A DNA stretch of 64,000 nt from Eledone cirrhosa (GCA_964016885.1 OZ024742.1:117862001-117926000); one strand, 5' to 3'. Positions 24,750-38,706 are shown, numbered from the stretch's first letter. Notes: generated by a model from the sequence alone, not told the origin. Made by a program: numbers and translations.

Positions 24750-25239
24750 ATCTGGTGTTTAGGAGCTGATGGTTTTGCTGGTGATCTAGCGTATTTCGGT
24801 TAAACATGTTCCTATATTTATAGCCAGCAAATCTAGCTGTCGTCTGTTCTACAGTGTGGATGTAATTCACTTCGCGCAGAAGTTTTGTTCAAATTTATTG
24901 CGGAAATTTTGTGAGTTCAAATTTAATTTTGATACTATTGTGTAGCTTGACCCCCCGTCTGAACTGTCAGACGGTGGGTCAGCCCATCTTTACCCCTCCT
25001 AGAGGTGAAAAACCTGTTTTTTTAAATTTTGTGGCAAAAAAAAAAAAATTTTTCAATCGTCTGACAGAAATGTTAAACGAAGCGAACGAAAACAGTGGTG
25101 GGGGACAGCGGTAAGAGTTGTAAGCTCGCACGCTTTAGTCCCCCCTTCCTTCCCAACTAACGTCATAGAGAAGGAAGGAAAAAACAAAATAAAAACAGAC
25201 GAATCTGCGGAGAAAAATGACGAAAACACAAATCTGGAC

Positions 25240-26963
25240 ATGGATTCCAACAACGAAAAAAAAAAATTTGAAAAATTGCATGACAATATTAATACCACAA
25301 ACAAAGACATAACAAACACAAAAATAACATTTGAAAACAACATAACAGAAAGCAAAGCAGACGACAGAGTCAACAAGATTTCATTTGCACAAAAAACAAA
25401 GAAATCTTTGACATATATACCCGAAAATATTTCAGATGTGGCACGAAGAATCACAGACGCCAAACAATACATAAGTGAAGGAGAGAATGGTATTTTATCG
25501 GTTAAAATGCCTCAAGAACTCACCAAAGACATTGAAAGTCGAACGGTCGTGTTCCGCACCATTAACAACACTTCAAAAAAACCTGAACAGCCAACTCAGG
25601 CAGATATCAAAACAGTACTCACAGAAGTACTTAATGAAACCACTTTCATAAGAAAAGACAGACTGTATGGAAGCCTAGCAATTATCATGAAGAACGAATC
25701 GGCGGCAAAAAAATGTGCTTTGTCACCGATTCGTTCGAAAATTTTTACCTTTTATCCATCTTATATGGGTAAAAGAACTCAACGCATATGGCTGGATGCA
25801 ATGATGCCAGATGTGGACTACTGCTGGCTCATAGCTGGCTTCATCGATCCAGTGAATGACAACGTGATTTCCATTGGGAAAACCACAGGCAATGCGTTCA
25901 GTGGAACAGGTATAGAGCTGGTAGTGCAAATGAAGCCTGAACGCATCGCCCAAATACCCGACAGAATCCTATTAGAGGGCCACGGGTATATAAACATTAG
26001 CGTGGAGGGGAGAAGGCCATCCTGTCATATCTGTGCAGGCAGAGGGCACCTGAAGGCCGCTTGTCCCCAACACAACAAAATGAAAACCCTGCTACCAACA
26101 CCAGCTCCACCACCACAACAGATAAACAAACAACAAAACTCAGTCCCACCCAACCCGTCCCTCAGTAAAACTACACCACCACCACAACACAAACAGTCAC
26201 AACACATTACCCCAAAACAAAATACAGGCCCACCCAACCCCTCACTCAATAAAACAACACAACCACCGCAGACACAACACACAACACAGTCTAACATAGT
26301 GACATCCATCTCCCCCACAAAGAAAACCAACACGGAAACATTACCAGCAAACATACCTCTTCCCTCCAACACTGAAGATAACCCAACGAATTCGGAGGAA
26401 GAAACGGAGTCCTTCAGACAGATTAAAAGGAAAAAAAGAAAACATATGCAAAACACACACGGCCAAACAACCCCCACCCAAATGTCAACACAATCCAACA
26501 AAACAGAAAACACCTCTCCAGCAACAAACAAAACCAAACCTGCCCCTCCCCTCTTCGAAACACTCACACCATCCGAAAAAAGACATTACACTATACTTAC
26601 ATCAACAGAAACAATAATAAATTAAATGAACTCATATATAATAATCCTTTGGTACAAACCGAAGGTGTAAACTTTGTTTCTTCAGAAAACTACCCACATT
26701 TAAAATTAATAAAGATCCCAATGAACCTCTACCAAAAACTAAAAAAGGATTTTAAGGAGGACGTAGGACCACCCTCTGTCAAACCCATAAACCGCGTCCT
26801 ACTAAAAAGTTTTCCCCCTCCCCTTCCCCTCCTCAACACAACTCCAAACACCCCAACCCCACCACACACTGACGACCCCACACCACCACAAGACACCCCT
26901 TCACCCAACACCCCCGACCCCATGGAAGTCGTGCGACCCGAACCCCGGGAAGCGGAAAGGTAG
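25240..26963 (+). pseudogene. Tx1-like ORF1 (gag-like, CCHC knuckle), interrupted near 26625
   Basis: 461-aa ORF with CHICAGRGHLKAAC (CX2CX4HX4C) and a P/T/Q-rich tail; the 26649-26963 part resembles the ORF1 end at 2116-2406. Confidence 0.85.
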
Positions 26964-26996
26964 GTCTCTACACTTTCCTTTGGCTCTGCCGCCCAC

Positions 26997-29785
26997 ATGG
27001 ATGTGTTAAGAGTAGGATGTTTGAATGCACGTGGCCTGGGCTCGACTTGGAAGCAAGCAAAGCTTCTAAATGACCTCAGGTCATGTGGTATAAATGTAAT
27101 GGTTATCTGTGAGACTCGGATCAGCGTCGTGCGGCAACTGGCCCCTACCTTCGATGACTTTGAGGTGCATGCATCTCTCTGTCAACCTGGAGGTGGGGGT
27201 GGGGTTGTCGTACTGCTGCAAAAACACATGGGTCTTGCCGTACAGGTTGTGCACTCGGACCCGGGGGGTCGTTTGTTGGTGCTAGACGTTGGCAGTAGTG
27301 AAGGTGCGGCCTTAAGACTGGTCGCCGTCTACTCCCCTTTCGGAGCTGAACAGCCCGACTTCTTCCAGCGTTTAGAGACTTTTCTGGGAACGTCGCGTTC
27401 CCTGCTTCTAGCGGGGGATTGGAATGACATCCTAGATGCACGTTTGGACTATGCAGGAGCATGTCCTAATAGAGGGGGGTGTAACAGCCTCAAGGGGTTA
27501 CTCGACCGTTTTAACTTAGTCGATAGATATCGACTAGATTTTCCAACTGTGCCAACCTGGACTTGGAGAAACCACAGTGGTCAATCTAGATCGTACTTAG
27601 ATAGATTCTTAGTTATAAGTAAGGATAGGGACATATTAAGCTGTCCAGAAATGCGCACGGTTGGCTACACGGATCACAAATTAGTGACCTGCGTAGTCAA
27701 TCTCGAGAAAACACATAAACAGGGTCCCGGTTACTGGAAACTTAATTTGTCTTTACCGGCAAAAGAGACTTACAGAAACCGGATTAGCAGATTAGTTAAG
27801 GAGAGGTTGACGGGTGCAATCGTCAACAACCGATGGTGGGCATCTCTCAAAAGAGAGATTAAAACAGAATCAATAAGTTATAGCAAGATGTTAGCTGCCG
27901 ATAGGAATAGAAACGAGAAAGAATTAACAGGTAAATTAGAAGAGGCAATCAAGAGCGAAGATGTGGCCAGAGTGCTGGCATCGAGGACGGCCTGAACCAG
28001 TTTTTCGATGCAAAGCACGAAGGCTGCGTCATTCGAAGTAAAATACGTGCTCTAGGTAATGAGGGGGCAAAAGCCGTTGGCTGGGCCCGCGTGACAGAAG
28101 CTAAGAGTGGAAATCGATCCACCATCCGGTCGTTGCAAGACGAAGATGGACGGGTGATCCGGGAGCCTAAGCAGATGTGCGAGGCCTTTCAAAGGCACTT
28201 TGCCCGATTGTTCGGGAGAGGCGAGGGTCCGGGCGGGGACGTGGATTTCGGTCCATACCTCGACGGCCTGCCGCGTCTCTCGAGCGAAGAGGCAGAGTCC
28301 TGCGAGACCAATCTCGGCTGATGAGATCGGAGATGCGCTGAGCCAATGCAGCAGACGCAAATCTCCAGGTCTCGATGGTATACCTTACGAACTTTATTTA
28401 GCAATGCCGGTCTTCTTCTCCGAACTCCTCGAAGCGGTCTACTGCAATTGGCAGCAGAACGGGAGAATTCCTTGTTCTGTAGCCAAGGGCGTAGTCACGC
28501 TGGTGAGGAAGGATGAGAACAAGGGAGATAGTATAAATAATTTTCGGCCCATAACACTGCTAAACACAGAGTTAAAGATTTTGGCCAAGGTGTTAGCAAA
28601 GAGGTTGGCGCTTGTCGTGGGTAGCCTGGTGGGAGATGCGCAGACATGTGCTATCCCATCCAGGTCCATTCACGATAACCTCCACCTCATGCGATACATC
28701 ATAGAGAGGGTTGGCAACAAACCCGGCTTCGGTGGGGCCCTGATCAACTTGGATCAGTCTAAGGCCTTCGATAGGGTCGACCATGGTTACCTGGATGCGG
28801 TGCTAACGGCGGCTGGGTTCGGTCCTGTTTTCAGAGCCTGGATCACTGCCTTACATAGCAACCACATCTGTTCTAGGATCAAGGTGAACGGCTACCTTTC
28901 GAAGCCGTTCGAAATCACACGATCCATTCGACAGGGGTGCCCTCTCTCCTCCCTTCTGTACGTATTGACTCTCGAGCCTTTACTGAGGAAGTTGGAGTTG
29001 TTGCAGGGTATCCCCCTGGAACCAGGATTGAGCAAAGCGGTGTCGGCCTACGCTGATGACGTAACAGTAGTGGTATCGTAACAGTAGTGGTACCGATCGA
29101 GGCGATCGGTACCTTACTGGAGGATTACGAAAGGTTGTCAGGAGCGAAACTGAACCGGGAAAAATCCATCGGGCTGCAACTCGGAACGTGGAGAAGCAGA
29201 CCGATGCCTCCCGACGGTGTCGTCGGACACTGGACGGAGGGCCCGGTAAAGTTGCTTGGGGTCTGGTTTGGACCGGACCTCCAGGTGGAAAAGAACTGGA
29301 ACGAGGTTACGAACAAGGTGTTTGCACTAACCCAGAAATGGGCCAAGTGTAAGCTGCCCCTAAAAGGCCGGGCGGAGGTGGCGAACATTTACATAGCGTC
29401 CGTCACTTACTACCGCCTGACTGTCGTGCCTTGCCCTAAGGAAACACTCACCACCATGGAACGCATGCTCTTCCAATTTCTTTGGAAGAAGCGCCCTCCT
29501 ATGGTGAGAAGATCCATCTGCTGCCAACAACCTTCGAAAGGAGGGCTGGGGATGCCGTGGTTGATGATGCGTAGGCACGCATTAAGGCTACGGCACCTAC
29601 AGGTATTCCTCACTGGTCAACCGGTGTGGGCTCCGTTCGTGAAACGAGCCTTTCCGAAACTCGTCTCGCTCACCGAGCTACAGTCCTGGGTCAAGCAAAG
29701 ATCCGGAAAACTGGGAGACTGGCACACTGAGTGTGCTCAGGCGCTCAGGGCTCTCTGGCAAGCGGGCCAGGCCATCGGTGGAGAA
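26997..29785 (+). pseudogene. Tx1-like ORF2 (APE endonuclease plus RT), frameshifted
   Basis: GCLNARGL, LAGDWND, YLDRF, TDH; SPGLDG, FRPITLLN, DQSKAFDRV, RQGCPLS, YADD. Confidence 0.95.
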
Positions 29786-30400
29786 TCTGGAACTAGGGTC
29801 TTGCTAAGGGGAGTAGAAGATCTTTTCCTTAAAGCCACTGTTGGCTTAGGTGTTATTATAGTTGGCTAAGGTGTTATTGGGGGCTACTCTATCAAATATA
29901 CTCTTATTTGAAGAAAGGCTTGAGATTCTCTTATTTATGGTGTTACTAGATTCCCGAAAATTATAGACGCGTCACCTTGACTTCTGCTGTATCTAAGTTT
30001 CTCACTGGCTTTGGGACAAGGCTCACGTGTATGTGAGTTTGGGTCGAAGATGATATTTAGGAAACTGACACCAGTGAGGTTGTTGGCTACGGTAATATTT
30101 TACAGGCTATTGAAGATGGTTTAAGAAGTTTCATAAAAGTATCCAAGTCATGGCCGCTTTTACGTCTTGTTAGGACCAGACTATCGTCACAATATAGACC
30201 AATACTAACACCTGGGAATTTACTTTTTTGTGCCTAAAATATATAACCCCATCAAATTTCAGACATTGGTGCTGTCGAATGAATCCATTGATGCATTAAA
30301 CATTCCGCGGCATCCGACGTTTTTAATCAGGTTGATTCGCTATTGAAGAAGAGGTTTTTTTCTTGAATGAAAGACTATTTTGTGTAGAAATATGTTCCTT
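29786..30400 (-). mobile_element. Degenerate Penelope-like element RT fragment
   Basis: Minus strand gives FNASMDSFDST (cf. FDV.MGS.DGA), IGLYCDDSL (cf. GLYRDDGL) and KRISSLSSNKSIF. Confidence 0.75.
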
Positions 30401-30842
30401 CTTATTTTCCTGATGGGTACAATTTTAATACTTTAAAATCTTCTGTTGGACAGTATCTCATTAGATATTATATTTCCTTTTCTTTTATAATGCCTAACAA
30501 ATTAAGTAGTTTCTTATGATCTGCTGTCTTGCTGGTTTCTTGTCACCTTGTTATGAATGACTTCCAATTAAAAAAACCTAACGTGTATCTGATAGAATCT
30601 ACAATTTAAGATTGTGGTTACAATTAATTATATATGAAGTAATCAAATGTATGCAGTGTGTTCGGTTCAAGCAATAAACGAACTATGTATAAAATGATAT
30701 TTAATACACCTCAAGTTTTGATAAATTGAGAAAAATAATTATTTCCAAATTTTCAAATTTACTGGAAATCAACGCTCAAAAATGCATCCAGAAAATGTTA
30801 ATATCATCTGTAACGAAAGCTGTTTTGTTGATCAGTGTGATA

Positions 30843-31040
30843 CGAGAGTCGGTTGAACGGTTCATAGGCTGACCAAGACTCTCTCATGGAATGGCCAAAT
30901 GAGGTTTATTTTTCAACATAGCCCCTGGAAAGAAACAGAGCTGTTATCAATAAGAAGAGTTGAACTTAATGCATGTAAGATTTCACAGTCCTAGCATCAC
31001 TCCTTCATAGTCAGCTTATGAACTTTCCAGCCGACCCTCG
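30843..31040. mobile_element. mariner-derived MITE
   Basis: TA TSD; ~30 bp imperfect TIRs cgagagtcggttgaacggttcataggctga / tcagcttatgaactttccagccgaccctcg. Confidence 0.85.
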
Positions 31041-31081
31041 TAGACATATGTCTACCTGAGTGTGTTTGCCTACAGCGAATG

Positions 31082-31090
31082 ATACTACTA

Positions 31091-31122
<32 letters not shown>

Positions 31123-31328
31123 TCTGCCACCGCCACAACCACCATCACCCCCACCACCATCACCCCCACCACCACCACCACCACCACAACCACCACCACC
31201 ACCACCACCACTATCATCACCATCACCACCATCACCACCACCACCACCATCATCACCACCACCACCACCATCATCACCACCACCATCACCACCACCACCA
31301 CCACCACCACCACCACCACCACCACCAC
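31082..31328. repeat. Compound (ACT)n(GCT)n(ACC/ATC)n microsatellite
   Basis: Directly visible; source of the poly-T/P/V ORFs. Confidence 0.95.
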
Positions 31329-31696
31329 AAAAGCTGGCGAATGTGAAACGGAACGGTTGCAGTGATTACGTCACGAATGGTCGTTTTAAAAAGCGAAGCT
31401 AGTTTAAATAATTCTTCTTTTCTTTTCCCCACTTTCCCCTTTTCCCCCTCTTTCCTTTGCATGCGATAATCTAACCGAGAAAAGAAAAAGACAGATAAAA
31501 TACGTAAGTACGATAATGAGAAAGAAAGAGAAAAATACAAGAAAAAAAAAGAAAAGAAAATAGAAGACTAAACAAATTTCTATATAAAAATTCCAAGCTG
31601 GTCTCAATAAACCTCGTCCCTTCCAGATGGCTGGCTAAAACATACTTGCCTACTACCTCTGTCTATGCCTGTCTATCTGTCTGTCTGTTCCCTCCC

Positions 31697-31924
<228 letters not shown>

Positions 31925-32593
31925 GTTATCTATCTATCTATCTCATCATTCCCTAAATTTATTCTATTACTTCCTCATGAGCTTTATTAAACAGAAAGGC
32001 AGGTACAACGTGGCTTTGAACCATGTGACTGGGAGGCGGAATATTTCCTTACCTCTTTTTAATGCCTACAACCCCACCACCACCACCACATTCATCAATG
32101 TCAGTGTCGTTTCCTCCTCATACTCATCCTTTTTTTATAATTTAATATTTTACTTTCTTACTTTTTATTGAATTTCATCTTGAACGAGTTTTAAAACGAT
32201 GTAATTGAAAGTACATGAGTCTTTCTTTATCTCGACTTGACCGAGCATTTAAGATACTCTTGACCTGACACTGAAACAACGTGAGTTCCCAACTGCGGGC
32301 TTTTCAAAATCATTGCCAAATTCGTAAATACGTCATACAACCTAAATAACACAGCAGCAAGAGCAACGAAAGGAAGCAAATGATAAAGAAATAAAGAAAA
32401 CAAAAACGAAAGAAGAGGCGGAAGCAACTTAGGGAATCTCCAAGTGCTGGAGCTTGTTTTAACACCTGTGTGAAATTTTGAAAATAAACATTCATTTCTT
32501 CTACACATGTCTTGTTCAATGCGTTCTGCATATATCACGTTTATATTTGAAATATATATTTATGTAAGAAAAAAAATTTTAAGCGAAAGGAAA

Positions 32594-32707
<114 letters not shown>

Positions 32708-32761
32708 AAATGGCGTAGGATAGAAGAAAGGAAAGGCACAGAAACGAAGAAAGAAATCCCC

Positions 32762-32806
32762 AGTCACTGAAGAGGTCACAGAGTGTGTGACGAAAGAACT
32801 ATGACT
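32762..32806 (+). ncRNA. Minimal type I hammerhead ribozyme in a (TA)n-flanked insert
   Basis: AGUCA-CUGAAGA-G-GUCACA(GAGUG)UGUGAC-GAAA-GAAC-UA-UGACU: 5-bp stem I, 6-bp stem II, site CUA. Confidence 0.75.
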
Positions 32807-32957
32807 ATATATATATAAACAACTATCTGGTTGTGGAACCAACCAACCAACCAGAAATTTATAAATTTGTAAATTTATAAATATATAATAAATTAAATTG
32901 AAGTGAAAGCAACTGGTGCGTGTGTTTCTTATTGGCAACATGACCCTCCCAAAGTAT

Positions 32958-33069
<112 letters not shown>

Positions 33070-33208
33070 CGATAGTCGATCGACAAGATCCCAGACCTCA
33101 TTCGCTTAACTAGTGGGGTGGAGCTCATCAAATCGGACCGAGGAAACCTTGTTTCCTTTGGTCTTCCCAATTGATAATACTATCTGTCGGTCGCAACTCC
33201 AGGCAAAA

Positions 33209-33279
<71 letters not shown>

Positions 33280-33289
33280 GTGTGTATAT

Positions 33290-33490
33290 ATAGGAAAAAA
33301 GTCAAGATCCCAACGGCGAAGCTCCGGCCGTTTCGACAGCTAGATCCGAACCGTTCGGATCTAGCTGTCGAAACGGCCGGAGCTCAACCGTCGGGGTTCT
33401 GACTCTTTCCCTATTGCCCACTCTACTACCCTAAGTATCGAGGACGCTGGTGCGTTATGGTCCACCTGGTATCTTACCACAACTTCTTTG

Positions 33491-33492
<2 letters not shown>
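33290..33492. mobile_element. Fold-back PLE-type terminal repeat
   Basis: Perfect 32-bp arms 33320-33351 / 33353-33384, imperfect out to 33290-33414; each arm carries a hammerhead 3' half GAAACGG...CCGUY. Confidence 0.7.
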
Positions 33493-33577
<85 letters not shown>

Positions 33578-33578
<1 letters not shown>

Positions 33579-34043
33579 TTTTCTTTATTAACCACAAGGG
33601 TTTACATAAAGTAGACATTAAGGACAGTACAGGACAATACAGGACGGTACAAATGGGCATTTCTGCGTGTAAAAAAAAACAGAGGATGTAATAAAAAATA
33701 ACAATGAAAAATTCCCCAATAGAGGGGAGACTTCCGAGGGACATTTGTGGAGAAAAGCACATTAAAAGGCCACAGTGACCTTGACGACCAGGGCAGTGCC
33801 CTCTCCCAGTTTTCCACCTTTAATTTACAGACTGATACTCAGAGTAGGCCCATACACACGGGCCATACTTGCTTCTCTCACCCATCTTTCAACAAAATGC
33901 TGGGAAGAGAGCACTTCCTTCTCTACCCTGATTTTCCTTTTCAAATGAAATTTGAAAAAGTTAATCAGGGCATCACCGAAGAGGTAAGTGCTCGTCTTCA
34001 GCCCTTTCAAACGTGTCGGACATGCCCGGCTGACGGCACCTCC
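33578..34043 (-). mobile_element. Tx1-like LINE 3' end inserted in (AAT)n
   Basis: INFFKFHLKRKIRVEK...ERWV..ASMARV.G resembles 19660-19813; AATAAA at the 3' end; (AAT)n on both sides. Confidence 0.85.
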
Positions 34044-34120
34044 ATAATAATAATAATAATGATTTATTTATTTGATTATTTTTATTTATAATAATAATAA
34101 TTATTATTATTATTATTATT

Positions 34121-35903
34121 CTGCATCGCACTTATACCATTAAGTAAAATGCTCAATGAAACAAAACATGGATATAAAATCTATGACAAAACCATTAATC
34201 ACTTGTTCTACATGGATGACCTGAAACTATTTGCAAAAAATGATGAACAATTGCAAGGGCTATTATCCACTGTGGAGCAGTTCAGTGATGACATTAAAAT
34301 GGAGTTTGGACTAGATAAATGCGCCAAAGCAACGTTCACCAGAGGAAAGCTGCTGAAGAGTTCAGACATTAATTTTGATCGGGGGAACGTGATAAGAGAA
34401 CTTGATCAAGAAAAAACTTACAAATATCTAGGTGTTTGTGAAGGAGACGGAATCAAGCACTCGACAATGAGGGAAAGGATAAGGAAGGAATGTTACCGCA
34501 GAGTAAGAGCAATCTTAAGAACGGAATTGAATGCAAGGAATAGGATCGATGCCATAAACACGCTTGCCATACCAGTAGTAACCTACAGTTACAATGTCAT
34601 CAACTGGTCAAGCACAGAGATCCGTAGGCTCTATACAAAAATTCGAAAATTCTTAACTATGCACAGAATGCATCACCCTAAGGCAGATATAGATTGAATA
34701 TATCTCCCTAGGAAAGAAGGAGGACGTGGGTTAGTCCAGTTAGACATTGCGTTGAAAACTGCAACAATTGGATTATCTACATATCTAAGGGAATCACATG
34801 ATTGGATGATCAAACTCGTTTTGAAACACGAAAGCATCAAAAGATCATATTCCATTACAAAAGATGCACAAAGATACAGTAATGGACTACAAATTTCAGA
34901 AGTCCCATTTACTGCTGAAATGGAAAACACAGAAAAAGCAAAGCAGGTAAAAGTAACTGCAAAGAAAGAACTGCTCCAGAAACTGGCTAAGAAATGGCAA
35001 GAAAAGCCTCTGTATGGAAAATACCCAGAGCGAGCTAACAATCCTGATGTTGACAAAACTTTAACCCATCAGTGGTTGGCATCCTCTGGACTGAAATCGG
35101 AGACTGAAGGACTGATTATATCAGCACAAGATCAGTGTCTGCCAACAAAAAATTACCAAGCCAACATAATAAAAAATGGATGCAGCCCATTATGCCGTGT
35201 ATGCAAAAAACAACCAGAGACCATTGACCATATAATTTCAATGTGCAGTCCTATAGCTCCAACCGAATACCTAAACAGGCATGACAGAGCTGCACAATAC
35301 ATACATTGGATAATGTGTAAGCATTTTGACCTGCCCCATCAAAAGAATTGGTGGGAGCATCAACCACCTCCCATACTTGAAAAAGATCACATCTCAATCT
35401 TGTGGAACTTTAGCATCCAAACAGACCGAAAAATAGATGCAAATAGACCTGATATAATATTGAAGGACTTTCAAAAGAAGGTATGCCTGCTAATTGATAT
35501 GTCTGTTCCAATAGACAAGAATGTATCTATAAAAACATTTGAAAAATTGAGCAAGTATAAGGACCTGGAGATAAAAATTGGAAAAATGTGGAAATTGAGA
35601 ACTAAAACAATACCAGTGGTTGTAGGCGCTCTGGGAATGATACCTAAGGGGTCTAATGATTACTTATCGCAAATCCCAGGAAACCCGCGTATAGGAGAAA
35701 TACAAAAGATAGTACTAATGGGAACTGCCCATATACTAAGGAAGATTCTGTCAATATAAGTACATCACAAGTCTAAACACTAAAGATGCATGTGTGAGTA
35801 TGTATGTTCTTTCTTGAACATGGCGGACCTTGTTGTCTCTTGAGGTCACTGGTTGTGACTTCGTGATAACTCGTATGAACATAAAGCAAGATAAATGCAA
35901 CTG
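34121..35903 (+). mobile_element. 5'-truncated R4/Dong-like RLE retrotransposon with (TAA)n tail
   Basis: HLFYMDDLK, YKYLG, GGRGL, CRVC...ETIDHIISMC, RHD and NRPD...IDMSVP; only one stop (34695); taataa tail at 35904. Confidence 0.93.
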
Positions 35904-36170
35904 TAATAATAATAATAATATTGCAGTTTAGTTATATATTCAATCGAATACGCATGTAAAATCTGGCGTACAGAGAAAAGGCAAACAAAAATGGTCAGTT
36001 TGACGACAGCAATCAACCTCCCAGTTATACCTTCCAAATGAGGAATTTAACTCAACACTATAAAGCGATGCTCCAGTCTGGCCGCCTTAGCTGTGAAGGC
36101 TAAACTATGTTAAATAACTAAAACACAGCAAATTACTGAAACTAGATGTAAATCTAGATGTCGATAGTAT

Positions 36171-36650
36171 TCAGGCGTAACCTTTTCTCAGCGGTACATA
36201 CGTTGCACGACGTATTAAGTTCCACATAATGTCAAAGTCAGTATCCTCATCTATTAATTGCCAGATGTAATTCAATACTGCTATATTCCTCTTCTCCTTG
36301 TCTTTGAACGATGGTGTGTGTTTGAAGAAATGGTGCTTAAACCTACCTTCCATTATAGGGCGGTGGATTGGTAGTATTGGTAGAGGGTCGGACGCCGTGC
36401 TTTGCAGCATAGAGTTACGGCCATTTACGGTCTGAGTTCAAATTCCGCTGAGGTTAACTTTGCCTTTCATCCTTACGGGGTCGATAAAATAAAGCACCAG
36501 TAATGTACTGGGATAATTGCTGGCCTTGTGCCAAAAGTAAAAACAATTATATCAATGTAGTGTTTATGTTCTATTATGTGATTCAGTATATCAGTTTAGT
36601 TTAACTTATTTCTTCTTCCTCTGCATTGCATAACTTGTTGCATGAGCATG
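36171..36650 (-). mobile_element. Penelope-like GIY-YIG endonuclease relic split by a SINE
   Basis: ...KHYID|IMEGRFKHHFFKHTPSFK...YIWQLIDEDTDFDIMW, typical of the PLE GIY-YIG C-terminal half. Confidence 0.7.
36358..36550 (+). mobile_element. Meta-type tRNA-derived SINE
   Basis: Full-length family match; attata on both sides. Confidence 0.92.
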
Positions 36651-36731
36651 CATTAATGTTTCTTCATGTTTCCACAGCCTCTATTCACATATGTGGCTTT
36701 ATGTGTTCAAATATCTTCTATGTACGGAGTA

Positions 36732-36858
36732 CAATAATTCTCCAACTTAAGAACGAGTTACGTTCCAAAAGGCCTTTCATTAGGCTTGTAAGTTGATCGT
36801 CTGACGCTACGTACCAGTAAGCCCATATGTCTTACATTGATAATGTAGGTTTTCCATA

Positions 36859-36912
<54 letters not shown>

Positions 36913-37508
36913 GTAGAAGAGATATTTAATTTGTTGGAAATACAACAAATATAGATGTTTACAACTGATTCAGAGCACTCGACAGATTTCTGGAGTAAGT
37001 ATTCAATGATATTAAATAAATGGAAACTATATTTATAAAACCATATTTATTCAATTATATATATTTCCAGGGATAACTTGAACCGTTAAGGTATATTATC
37101 CTTGGTCACGTCAAATATTTATAAAACATTTTGTATTTTATCTGATGATAGCGCACCAAAACTTTTGGTACCCTTGAAATATATATAATTGAATAATATG
37201 GTTTTATAAATATAGTTTCCATTTATTGTATATATATGCACTGTATATAGAAGTATATATAACATGTAATAATGGATTTGAATATTGTAAACCTAATGAT
37301 AATAAATTGTTCAAGAAAAAAACTACCTAGCAGAATGGTATCCCATCACGTAGGTACGATTTCGGCATGTTTTTATGCTGCAAAGAAGGAAACTAGAGCC
37401 GGAAAAATCCCACAAAAACGAACTCAGACAAAATTTGTCTTTCTTTGTGAAACTGTTTATATCTGCGGAAGTTCGTAAGAAGGATGTTCGTAAGGCGGGG
37501 GCTTAATG
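36732..37508. mobile_element. Tigger/pogo-like MITE with nested insertions
   Basis: TA-flanked degenerate TIRs caataattctccaacttaagaac / gttcgtaaggcgggggcttaatg. Confidence 0.6.
37015..37227. repeat. ~57-bp inverted repeat (fold-back element)
   Basis: 37015-37072 is the reverse complement of 37171-37227 with few mismatches. Confidence 0.85.
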
Positions 37509-37879
37509 TATATCTGTAACGTTTAGAGAGTTCATGTTGAAACGTAGCAGGGGTTAATGGGGAAATGTTCAGAGGCTTAGAAATTTTTGGCATTATTTGA
37601 CTTAAAATTTTAAAAAGAGATTTTGAACCTGAATATTTTACGGGCTCAATTATTACTGTTAAAATGCAAAGGATTGGGAGTGTATATAATCTTACTTTTT
37701 AACTATTGCCATGCCATGGGCCTTAAACTCCTGATGGGGTTACAGAAGACATATGGACATTTAATCCTGGCAGAACCCATCCCTTTTTGGATCTGACCAC
37801 AGACAATTTGCTTCAGAGAAAGAGAGAGGGGAGAGAGGGAGAGAGAAAGAAGAAGAATCAACTCCAGGAATTGAGCGCT

Positions 37880-38005
37880 ACTATTTATCGGCCTCGAAAG
37901 AATGAAAGACAAAGTTGACCTTGGCAGAATTTGAACTCAGAATGAAGAAAGCTAGAACGAATATTGCAAATCATTCTATCCGACGTTTTCGCAATTCTAT
38001 CAATA
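37880..38005 (-). mobile_element. Older Meta-type SINE fragment
   Basis: gaatgaaagacaaagttgaccttggcagaatttgaactcag. Confidence 0.75.
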
Positions 38006-38405
38006 TGTCATCTTATACTTTCAAACCTAACAGCAAATAAAACCTGACAAAAAGGCGACTGACCATGCAATAATAGTTCTTTGTTAAATGGGGGGTTTGG
38101 GGATCTCCCTACTAATGTTACCGACTGGTTTTTTAAAAATATGTGTGGGGCAGAAGTATTAATGCATGATAGTTTAGTTTTTCACTTGGTTTATGAAAAG
38201 ATTTCATTTATCTTCTGCATTTACAGTTGCTACCCAGCTCAGTAAAAAATGGCCAATATGATTTTAATCCTTGTAACAACTCATTGTCTCGGTGCACAGT
38301 AGAAAGTCATTCCTACCTTCTGCAATTTCATATAAGATCTTTTGTGGAAGACTATTGACCTTATATATTCCGATGATTGATTGTGTATTTTAATCTGTAT
38401 TCAGT

Positions 38406-38706
38406 TAAAGATGAAATCCGGCCCGAGATTTTAAATGCCTTAAATAGAGCAGGTATTCTCTGACTGACTCGTGTGTGCCTTGATCTCTGGAAAGGCACCT
38501 AAGCAATGGCAATCGGGAGTGATAATCCATATTTCGAAAAAGGAAGAAAATAGAGATTGTTGCAATTACAGAAGGATCTCCTTTTTAAGCCGCCCCGGTA
38601 AAGTGTATGCTAAGTGTCTGGACCCGCTGGAAGGAGTGTTTGAGGACTCTGTCCCCACAACTATCTCAAGAATAAGTGAGCAAAGAAGAAGAAGAAGAAG
38701 AAGAAG

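Larger units (their letters stand above)
24750..29785 (+). mobile_element. Near full-length Tx1/L1-clade LINE, 3' end lost
   Basis: Putative 5'UTR, ORF1 and ORF2 in tandem; 5' boundary approximate. Confidence 0.9.
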
